Shown here in pieces: positions 17,547 to 25,085 of a stretch of 64,000 nucleotides of DNA. The notes below the pieces were generated by a model. That model ran no database searches. It was not told the origin of the DNA and worked only from the letters and a program-made list of their open reading frames with translations. The stretch comes from Holophagales bacterium UBA5704. Lineage in GTDB: Bacteria > Acidobacteriota > Thermoanaerobaculia > Multivoradales > UBA5704. The stretch is from the NCBI GenBank assembly GCA_002420005.1, contig DIHE01000052.1, forward strand, positions 855 through 64,854, read 5' to 3'. The position numbers were made by a program, and so were the translations under genes. The stretch's first letter is position 1. Each line of letters opens with the position of its first letter.

Positions 17547-20500
17547 GCCCGGCCTCCCCGCGCCTGCGAGCGGCGGTCCCGGGCTTCGAGGACCCGTTGG
17601 CGGACGGACCAGGGGGGCAGCGCTCCGGAGGGGCACCGGCGCAGCTCTGCCAGGAGAGTGTCGTCGTCCGGGGCTTCCTGGCCCGGCCATAGGTCCTGGG
17701 CGGCCAGCGCCAGCTCCTCGGCGGCCAGGCGCAGCGTGTGGTGCTCGGCGAGGTCGAGAAGCTTGCGGGCATCGTCGAGCTGCTCCTGAGCCGCCTGCCA
17801 GTCCCAGGGTGGGTCGGCAACCCCATAGACGAGCCCTGCGATGCGATGGGTGAGCTCCGGACAGAACTTCCGCAAGTCGACCGCCTCGGCTCGTTCCAGG
17901 CGGTGCTTGAGCGCGTCGCGCAGCTCACGGGCCTTGCGTTGATCCTGGTGCAGGCGGCCGAGGAGCGGCGCGCACTCCTCGATGAGCCGCTGCCGGCGTT
18001 CGAGCCGGGTGACCGGACGGCCGCCCTCCGCCATCTCCCGGTCGATGTCCGCCAGGCGCGCCTCCGCCGCTCTGCGCTCATCCGGACCCAGCACCCCGGA
18101 GTGATCCTGTCCGAGGGCGGAGCGCGCCTCTTGCAGGATCTCGCCCTGCATCCGGAAGGCCTGCTCCGCCGCCTGCTGCGCCTGCATGGCGATCTCGTGT
18201 CCGGCGGCGGCCGCCCGGGCGGCTTCCTGCGGAGAGGCGCCGCCCGCCAGCCTGGGCGGTGCCGGCAGGGAGACCGGACGGCCGATCCGTTCCAGCACCT
18301 GTGAGATCGAGGTCGCTTCGGCCATGCTCGCGTCGAGGAGCTTCCGGCACCGCGCCGCGAAATCGCTCCGCAGGGCTTCCAGCTCGGAGTCCAGGGAGCT
18401 CGCCGTCGCCTGGGCGGCATCCAGAGAGCCTGCGGCGCCGAGGGCATCGATCCTTTGCAACAGGTCGGCCGCCCCGTCGATCTCGATGGAACCGGCCGCC
18501 GCCCGCAGCTCGGCATGCCGGGCGAGCAGACGGTTCTCGCGCTCCTCCAGCTCCTTCAAGCCCTCGGCGGCCTGCCGGCGCAGCTCTTCGAGATGGCGTT
18601 CGATCTCGCCGGTGCGGCGGAGCCGGTGCAGGGTCTGCCCGTCTCCTGGGTGGCGGGTGAGGTCGCGGATCTCGTCCTCCAGGTTCTCCGACTCCTGCCG
18701 TACGGCGGCCGACAGAGGCATGCCGCGGAGCGTTCGCAGCCGTTCGTGGAGGTGCTCGACATGGCGCGCGAGGCCCTCCCCGAGGGGGCCTTCCTGGTTC
18801 CTCGCGGTCGTCAGGAACCGCTTGCGGAGCTCCTCGAACGATTCCAGCCAGCCGGTGTGGTCCGGCGGGTTCTCGACCTGGCGCCTGCGCAGCGCCCGCA
18901 GCTGTTCCTCCAGGGCCGGCTGGGAACCGGCCACGGCGATGAGCATCTTCACCTCCTGGTCGAGCCCGGCGAGCTGGCCCTCCCGCAGCGCACGGGCCTT
19001 CTGGGCGAACCGCTCGCGCAGCTCCCGGGCGTCGGTCAGCACCGCCTCCACGTCGGGGAGCCGCGGCGCAAAACCGAGGCTGCGGTGGCGCCGGTCGATG
19101 TCGCCGACCTCCCGGTGCCACTCGCCCGACTGTCCGGACCAGGCCTGGAGCTCCTTGACCAGAGCCGGGATCTTGCCCACCTCTTCGAGCGGGTCCCTGG
19201 CCTGTTTTGCGGCTTCGCGGAGCGGTTGCACCAGGCTTTCGAGGCGTGCGAGCCAGGCCTCCGAGGCGCCCTCGTTGCGGAGCTGCTCCTGAAGATGGGG
19301 CAGCGCGCCGAGATCCTTTGAAAGCTCTGAGCCGTCGAGCCGGGAGACCATCCTGTCGGCTTCGCCGAGCTTTTCCAGGACGATTCCATGGAGCCGGATC
19401 TCCTCCCGGAGCCTCTGCACCTGGTCCCGGTCGTCCTCCAGCTCCGCCATGCGGCGGATCTCGACGCCGATCCTCTCGAGGTCCGTGGCCCAGCGTGTGC
19501 AAAGGGTTGCGAACCAATCTCGGGTCAAGGCGTCGGACAAGCCCTGGGAATCCGCCGCCAGGCCGCGGGCTTCGCTTTCGGCCTTCTGGGCTTCGCCGAT
19601 GAGGTCGGAGAGCGGAAGGGCCATGCGGTCGAGCTGATCGGCGCGCTCCTTGTACAGCTCGATCTGAGCGTCTCCGATCCAGATCTGGCGCGCCGTCCTC
19701 TCCATCTCCTCGTGCAGCCCTGCGGCGGCCTTGGCGAAGTGGCGCGCCCGATCCGGGACGCCCGCGCGCACCCGGCGCAGACCGTCCTGGATCTGTTGCA
19801 GCCTGGCGCGCGGCGTGGCGGAAAGGCGCTCGATCCAGCGGGTCCAGAACGGCGACCCGGGTGTCGGGGTGGGAGGAGCGGGCGGCGCCGGTACCGGCAG
19901 CGGCTCCGGCTGGGGGAGAGAGGAGAAGGTTCGTCCGGTCGGGACGCCCCCCCGGCCTCCGGCGAAGGAACCCTCCTGGAGGTCGATTCCCATCAGAGCC
20001 TGCTTCAGAGCGGCTGCGTCGGGATAGCGTGCGGCGGGGTCCTTTTCCAGGCAGCGGGCAAGAACCGGTTGCAGCTGGGCCGGGAGGGTGGCGGGAAGAA
20101 AGGGCTGACGCAGACGGCCCTGCCGGATCTGATCCTTCAGATCCTCATCGGATTCGGCGTCGTGGGGGAGCTGGCCGGTGAGCATCTGGTAGAGCACGAT
20201 GCTCACGGACCAGAGGTCGGATTCCGCCCCGGCCTGGTTGTCCTTCAAGCGTTCCGGAGAGAGGTAGGGGATGCTGCCGAAGATATGGCCGGTGAATTTC
20301 CGGCTCCTGGAGACGCTTTTGGCAACGCCGAAATCCAGCAGGCGGACACGGCCGCCGTTTTCGATCCGGATGTTCTCCGGCTTGATGTCGCCATGCACCA
20401 CGCGTTCGTTGGGCCCCAATCCCTGGAGCGGCACCCGGCCGCAGGCGTCCAGAATGATGCAGAGCTGCACGGCGAAGTCGAGGGCGCGGCGCGGAGGAAG

Positions 20501-20803
20501 GGGGCCATGCAGCAGCTCCGAGAGATCGTCGCCCGCCACGTACTCCATCGCGATGAAGAACCGGCCTTCGATGTTGCCCTTCTCGAAGATGCGCGCGATC
20601 TGGGGGACTTCCCGGCTGAGCTGCTCCTGGATCTCGGCGCCCCGCCTTTCGGCCTCGAGCACCTCGGTATCGACGGAGGTGATGACCTTCAGTGCGACCT
20701 CCCGGTTGTAGTCCGGGTCGAACACGAGATGGACGTCACCGGCGAACCCGTGTCCGAGCCGCCTCTTCACCTGGAACCGGCCGATCCTTCTCTCGTAGGT
20801 CAT
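17543..20803 (-). CDS. Eukaryotic-like Ser/Thr protein kinase with Pro-rich linker and about 780-aa coiled-coil/helical C-terminal region
   Basis: Kinase subdomains: GHGFAGDV (Gly loop), VALKV (catalytic Lys), HGDIKPENI (catalytic loop), LLDFGVAKS (DFG), SPE. The linker is PQPEPLPVPAPPAPPTPTP. The long E/R/L/A-rich tail has heptad-like character. ATG 20803 follows AAGGAAAA. Confidence 0.85.
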   Translation of the reverse strand: MTYERRIGRFQVKRRLGHGFAGDVHLVFDPDYNREVALKVITSVDTEVLEAERRGAEIQEQLSREVPQIARIFEKGNIEGRFFIAMEYVAGDDLSELLHGPLPPRRALDFAVQLCIILDACGRVPLQGLGPNERVVHGDIKPENIRIENGGRVRLLDFGVAKSVSRSRKFTGHIFGSIPYLSPERLKDNQAGAESDLWSVSIVLYQMLTGQLPHDAESDEDLKDQIRQGRLRQPFLPATLPAQLQPVLARCLEKDPAARYPDAAALKQALMGIDLQEGSFAGGRGGVPTGRTFSSLPQPEPLPVPAPPAPPTPTPGSPFWTRWIERLSATPRARLQQIQDGLRRVRAGVPDRARHFAKAAAGLHEEMERTARQIWIGDAQIELYKERADQLDRMALPLSDLIGEAQKAESEARGLAADSQGLSDALTRDWFATLCTRWATDLERIGVEIRRMAELEDDRDQVQRLREEIRLHGIVLEKLGEADRMVSRLDGSELSKDLGALPHLQEQLRNEGASEAWLARLESLVQPLREAAKQARDPLEEVGKIPALVKELQAWSGQSGEWHREVGDIDRRHRSLGFAPRLPDVEAVLTDARELRERFAQKARALREGQLAGLDQEVKMLIAVAGSQPALEEQLRALRRRQVENPPDHTGWLESFEELRKRFLTTARNQEGPLGEGLARHVEHLHERLRTLRGMPLSAAVRQESENLEDEIRDLTRHPGDGQTLHRLRRTGEIERHLEELRRQAAEGLKELEERENRLLARHAELRAAAGSIEIDGAADLLQRIDALGAAGSLDAAQATASSLDSELEALRSDFAARCRKLLDASMAEATSISQVLERIGRPVSLPAPPRLAGGASPQEAARAAAAGHEIAMQAQQAAEQAFRMQGEILQEARSALGQDHSGVLGPDERRAAEARLADIDREMAEGGRPVTRLERRQRLIEECAPLLGRLHQDQRKARELRDALKHRLERAEAVDLRKFCPELTHRIAGLVYGVADPPWDWQAAQEQLDDARKLLDLAEHHTLRLAAEELALAAQDLWPGQEAPDDDTLLAELRRCPSGALPPWSVRQRVLEARDRRSQARGGRA

Positions 20804-20957
20804 CGTTTTCCTTGGGCTTCAGTCATGGTGGAGCGATCGGTATCGAATTCTAACCCATGAGTGCACCCAAAGCCTTGCCCCCACCCTGTCTCCCTTGCTA
20901 CACTGAAGTGCACCTTACAGGCACCGAACAGCGCCCTCCCAAGCGGCGGGCTCGGCT

Positions 20958-22937
20958 TTGTCCATGAATGCGCTCGATGCGATCGACGACCCGTCCTCTG
21001 CAGCGCGCGAGCGCTCGGCGGCGGAGGCGCTGCGCGAGAGCGAGCAGCGGTTCCGTGCTTTGATGGAGTGCTCGCCGGACTTCACGGTCCTCCTGTCGCG
21101 CACAGGCGACATCCTCTACATCAACCGCACCGTTCCGGAACAGACGCCGGAGGAGGTCATCGGCCAGAACGTCTCGGCTCTTTTCCCACCGGAGGAGGTG
21201 GCGCGGCAGCTCGAGGTGCTGGAGATCCTGTTCACCACCGGGGAGGGGACCACGCGCGAGGTGCGCATGGACGAGCACTGGTTTCTCTCCCGCTGTGTTC
21301 CGGTGCGGCGCGGTGGCAAGATCACCGAGGCCCTGTTCGTCGCCACCGAGATCACCGCCCAGAAACGCACCGAAGCGGCCTTGCGGGCGGCCGAAAGCCG
21401 GCTGAGTCTCGCGCTGGAGGCGGGACGGATCGGTACCTGGGAGTGGGACGTTGCCAGCGGAAGGCTCGTCTGGGATGCCCGGCAGCTGGAGCTGTTCGGC
21501 CTGTCGGAGGACACCTTCGACGGGACGGTCGAGGGGTTCCTGGAGCGCGTCCACCCGGACGACCGGGATCGGATGCAGGCCGCGGCCGAGGCGCAGATGT
21601 CCAGCCATGGACGCAGCCGCGACGAATTCCGTATCGTCCGGCCCGATGGCTCGATCCGCTGGCTGATGGGGGACGGCCTGGCCGTGCGTTCGGTGGACGG
21701 CGTGGCGGTCGCCCTCTGTGGCATCAACCACGACGTGACCGAGCGCAAGCTGTTCGAGCTGGCGCTCGCCGAGGCGCGCGACCGGGCGGAGGCCGCCAAC
21801 CGGGCGAAAAGCACGTTCCTCGCCACCATGAGCCATGAGATCCGCACGCCGATGAACGGCATGCTGGGGATGGCCGAGCTGCTGCTCCACAGCGGCCTGA
21901 CCGAGCCCCAGCGCCGGCTCGCCGAGACGCTGCGCTCCTCGGGGCAGGCCCTGATGCGGGTGCTCAACCAGGTGCTCGACCTGTCCAAGATCGAGGCCGG
22001 ACACATGGAGCTGGCCGAGGGCCGGTTCTCTCCCCGCAGCTTGATGACCGATGCGGTCGACCTGGTGCGCCCTCGCGCGCTGGAGCGCGGGCTCGCTCTG
22101 GTGCTGGAGCTGGACTGGCCCGAAGGCCGCGACGTGGTGGCCGATGAGATGCGCATCCGGCAGATTCTTCTGAACTACCTGGACAACGCGCTGAAGCACA
22201 CCGATGCCGGGACCGTGAAGGTGACCCTGTCCGGCCGGCCGTTGGCGGGTGGGGCGACGGATCGCTGGATGCTGCGTCTCGCGGTCGCCGATACCGGCCG
22301 GGGGATCGCCGCGGAGGACCAGGATCGCCTGTTCCAGCCGTTTCAGCAGCTCGAAGGAGCCCCGGTGTGCGGCGGGACGGGGCTCGGGCTCGCCATCTGC
22401 CGCCGGCTGGCGGAGCTTCTACAGGGTGCGGCCGGCTGCGAAAGCCGGCCGGGCTCCGGATCGACGTTCTGGGTCGAGGTGCCGGTGCTCACCGTGCCGG
22501 TGCCGCTCGCGCAAGAAGACCCCGTGCTTCAGGATGCCGTCCTCCGCCGGCCCTGGTCGGGGCGGCGCGTGCTGCTGGCCGAGGACGACGCGATCAACCA
22601 GCGGGTCGCCCAGGCGATGCTGGAGATCCTCGGCGTCATCGTCGAGGTCCGCAACGACGGCCGCGAGGTGGTGGACCTGTGGCGGGACGGCGCCTGGGAT
22701 GCCGTGCTCATGGACTGCCAGATGCCGCGCCTCGACGGCTGGCAGGCCACCGGCTGGATCCGCGCCCGTGAGGCCGAGACCGGGAGGCTCGGGCGCATCC
22801 CGATCGTCGCCCTCACCGCCTATGCGCTGGACGCCGACCGGGACCGCTGCCTGAAAGCGGGGATGGATGACGTCCTGGTCAAGCCGATCACGCTGCAATC
22901 CCTCTCCGGAATGCTCGACCGCGCTTGGGCGGTGTGA
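20958..22937 (+). CDS. Hybrid sensor histidine kinase / response regulator with two PAS domains
   Basis: PAS/PAC segments are FRALMECSPDF... and GTWEWDV...VHPDDRDR...GINHDVTERK. The H-box is SHEIRTPMNGMLG and the HATPase G-boxes are DTGRGI and GTGLGLAICRRL. The receiver is VLLAEDDAINQ...LMDCQMPRLDG...KP. Confidence 0.85.
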   Translation: MSMNALDAIDDPSSAARERSAAEALRESEQRFRALMECSPDFTVLLSRTGDILYINRTVPEQTPEEVIGQNVSALFPPEEVARQLEVLEILFTTGEGTTREVRMDEHWFLSRCVPVRRGGKITEALFVATEITAQKRTEAALRAAESRLSLALEAGRIGTWEWDVASGRLVWDARQLELFGLSEDTFDGTVEGFLERVHPDDRDRMQAAAEAQMSSHGRSRDEFRIVRPDGSIRWLMGDGLAVRSVDGVAVALCGINHDVTERKLFELALAEARDRAEAANRAKSTFLATMSHEIRTPMNGMLGMAELLLHSGLTEPQRRLAETLRSSGQALMRVLNQVLDLSKIEAGHMELAEGRFSPRSLMTDAVDLVRPRALERGLALVLELDWPEGRDVVADEMRIRQILLNYLDNALKHTDAGTVKVTLSGRPLAGGATDRWMLRLAVADTGRGIAAEDQDRLFQPFQQLEGAPVCGGTGLGLAICRRLAELLQGAAGCESRPGSGSTFWVEVPVLTVPVPLAQEDPVLQDAVLRRPWSGRRVLLAEDDAINQRVAQAMLEILGVIVEVRNDGREVVDLWRDGAWDAVLMDCQMPRLDGWQATGWIRAREAETGRLGRIPIVALTAYALDADRDRCLKAGMDDVLVKPITLQSLSGMLDRAWAV

Positions 22938-22940
22938 GGT

Positions 22941-24119
22941 TCAGGCGCCGAGCCCGGCAACCAGGGCGGCGACGGCCCGCTCGGGATCGGCCGGTGCTCC
23001 CGCCTCCCGCAGCGCCTCCGCCACGGCTTCCACGGTGCGCTGCAGGTAGTCCGGGCGGGTGATCGCGTATCCCATGTGGCCGATGCGAAAACTCGTGGTC
23101 CGGATCGCGGGGTGCAGGCCGCCGGCCACCACCACGCCGCGGGCCGTGATGCGCGGCAAGAAGCCGGCGTCGACGCCTTCCGGGTAGTGGAGCACGGAGA
23201 GCGTGTTGCCCGTCACGGCCTCGCTCCTCGGGACCTGCCGCAGACCGAGGACCTCCCAGGCGGCGCGCAGGGCGGCGGCGGCCCGGGCATGGGCGGCGAT
23301 CCGGGCCTCGACACCGGCGGCCAGGATCTCGTCGAGACCGGCGGCCAGCGCCATCACCAGCGAGGTTGCCGGAGTCGCGAAGTAGCTCGGCCGGCGCTCC
23401 TCATAGGCGCGGTGGATGGGGAGCCAGGAGTCCCAATCGAGAAAGAGGGGAGGAGGCGGCGCCTGCCGCAGGGACCGCAGGGTGAGAGCCCGCTCGCCGG
23501 CCACCAGCAGAGCGAGCCCGGGCGGCAGGCCGAGCGCCTTCTGGGAGGCGGTGAAGCAGACGTCCGCCCCCCAGTCGTCCATGGCGAAGCGCTCGCCGCC
23601 GGTGGCACAGACGCCGTCGAAGACCGAGAGGACGCCCGCCTCGCGCGCCAGCCGGCAGAGGGGCTCCGGGTCCACCCGGACCCCGGTCGAGGTGTCCACA
23701 TGGGTGGCGAACAGGGCCTTGAACGGCCCCTCGCGCTCCAACGCCTCCCGGATCTCGGCGAGCGGCGGCACCGCCCCCACCGGCGCCGTCACCTGGGTGA
23801 CCGCGGCACCGTGGCGGCGCAGGATCTCCGCCATGCGATCCGAGAAATAGCCGGTCCCCACCACCAGCGCCGCCTCGCCGGGCTCGATCAGGTTCGCCGC
23901 CGCCATCTCCATGGCGAGCGTGCCGCTGCCGGAGAGGATGAACGGCTGGCTCGATCCGTCCGCTTGGAAGACCTCGCGCAGAAGCTCGATGGAACGCCCG
24001 AAGGCTTCGAGGACGCGGGGAGACAGGTGGCCGGGGGGAGGACCCGCGGCGGCGGCAAGGACGGCCGGCGACACTTCGACCGGGCCGGGGATCATCAGCA
24101 GGGGGGCAGGCGCCGTCAT
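22941..24119 (-). CDS. Class-V PLP aminotransferase (serine-pyruvate / alanine-glyoxylate aminotransferase family)
   Basis: LMIPGPVEV N-terminus, SGSGTLAMEMA, PLP-lysine context FTASQKALGLPPG, and C-terminal FRIGHMG. It converges on the histidine kinase gene with a 3-nt gap. Confidence 0.8.
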   Translation of the reverse strand: MTAPAPLLMIPGPVEVSPAVLAAAAGPPPGHLSPRVLEAFGRSIELLREVFQADGSSQPFILSGSGTLAMEMAAANLIEPGEAALVVGTGYFSDRMAEILRRHGAAVTQVTAPVGAVPPLAEIREALEREGPFKALFATHVDTSTGVRVDPEPLCRLAREAGVLSVFDGVCATGGERFAMDDWGADVCFTASQKALGLPPGLALLVAGERALTLRSLRQAPPPPLFLDWDSWLPIHRAYEERRPSYFATPATSLVMALAAGLDEILAAGVEARIAAHARAAAALRAAWEVLGLRQVPRSEAVTGNTLSVLHYPEGVDAGFLPRITARGVVVAGGLHPAIRTTSFRIGHMGYAITRPDYLQRTVEAVAEALREAGAPADPERAVAALVAGLGA

Positions 24120-24274
24120 GATGGAGGAATCGTATCAGCGATGGAGCGGTGATGTGGCGGCGACGGGGTAGGGGAGGCGGCAGCGGGAGGTGGAGGCCCG
24201 GGCTGCCGACTGTCAGCCCCGAGAGGTGCCGCCCACGCCCCCTGGGAGCGCTGGCGTCTCGCCGGCCTTCAAGT

Positions 24275-24293
24275 AAAACGGGCCGCAGGCCCG
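24275..24293 (-). terminator. Candidate rho-independent terminator downstream of vapBC
   Basis: The minus strand reads CGGGCC-TGC-GGCCCG followed by TTTT, about 20 nt after the vapC stop. The stem is short (6 bp), so confidence is modest. Confidence 0.4.
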
Positions 24294-24313
24294 GCCCCTC
24301 TTGGGAAGGGGGG

Positions 24314-24730
24314 CTAGGTGGGCTTCTTCACCAGGGGTTCGAAGATCTCCACCTCGACCTGTGTGACGTGGCGAAAGTGGGGGTCCGTCGTCAGGAGGAT
24401 GGACCTACTTTGCCGGGCACCCGCCGCGATCCAGATGTCGTTCGTGGGGATCGGTGTGCCGGCTTTTCGCAGCGGGTCGAAGAGAGCCGCATAGTGCGCC
24501 GAGGTTGCCTCGTCCACTGGAATGACGCCGACCCGGGGAGAGTCCAGGAAGTGCGCGAGCTCGGCCAGATTCTCTTTGAGCCGCGTCCCGTGGAGAAAGC
24601 CGGCGTGCAACTCGCCCAGCACAACCGGGTTGAGGCGGATCTGGGACGCTTCTTGAATGCGATACCGGAGCTCCGGGTGGTTTCGTTTGAACGCGGAGTA
24701 GGCCGATGTGTCGAGGAAGATGCGGCTCAA
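24314..24730 (-). CDS. vapC: PIN-domain ribonuclease toxin (VapC family)
   Basis: IFLDTSAY (first acidic residue), VLGEL and LLTTDPHF match the PIN acidic quartet spacing. The start overlaps the stop of the upstream small gene (ATGA-type overlap at 24727-24730). Confidence 0.8.
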   Translation of the reverse strand: MSRIFLDTSAYSAFKRNHPELRYRIQEASQIRLNPVVLGELHAGFLHGTRLKENLAELAHFLDSPRVGVIPVDEATSAHYAALFDPLRKAGTPIPTNDIWIAAGARQSRSILLTTDPHFRHVTQVEVEIFEPLVKKPT

Positions 24731-24978
24731 CCCCAGATCTCCGGGTCGACTTTGCGCTGTGCGGCCAGGGCGGCATCGAAGCCGGCAGCTTCCTCGGCCG
24801 TCCAGGTGCCGGCCAGGTGATCCAGGTCATGGTGAAGAGTCGGTGTCGCGTTCTGACCAGCCGCTTCTTCCAGCATGCGGATCACCGTTCTGCTGAAGCT
24901 CAGGCCCGCCGTTTGGGCGCGCTGCTCGATGACCTTCTGGAGCCCGAGAGGGATGTTTCGCAAGGTGATGGTGGTCAT
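24727..24978 (-). CDS. vapB: Antitoxin of the VapBC pair (ribbon-helix-helix-like, 83 aa)
   Basis: ATG 24978 (MTTITLRNIPLGLQKVIEQRAQ...) is preceded by GGAAGGAG. The track ORF 24727..25044 extends upstream without an RBS. The N-terminal beta-strand plus helix pattern is typical of RHH/FitA-like antitoxins. Confidence 0.7.
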   Translation of the reverse strand: MTTITLRNIPLGLQKVIEQRAQTAGLSFSRTVIRMLEEAAGQNATPTLHHDLDHLAGTWTAEEAAGFDAALAAQRKVDPEIWG

Positions 24979-25085
24979 CGCAGGCTCCTTCCCGCCGTCC
25001 GTTCGCGCGCGGCTTCGCTTCATCAGCAGAGCCCATGATACCACCGCCCCTTCCGCTACAATCTTCGTGACTCCCGGAACACCCC

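Noticed and set aside
11435-17690. Upstream extensions of track ORFs 11435..13267, 14380..16047 and 15867..17690
   Set aside because: The extensions lie inside the preceding genes in another frame and translate to Arg/Pro/Gly-rich sequence. Internal ATGs at 12029, 15870 and 17546 each form an ATGA overlap with the upstream stop and begin the conserved sequence.
5975-20852. Shared TAAGAATTC / TAGAATTC motif upstream of both operons of the candidate system (5980-5988 on plus; 20845-20852 on minus, 45 nt before the kinase ATG)
   Set aside because: This could be a common -10 element implying co-regulation. However, the match is only 8 nt, and I found no convincing -35 box for the kinase operon.
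24149-24820. Plus-strand ORF 24149..24820 (223 aa)
   Set aside because: It is antisense to vapC/vapB, which have clear PIN and antitoxin features and an RBS. The plus-strand translation has no motif.
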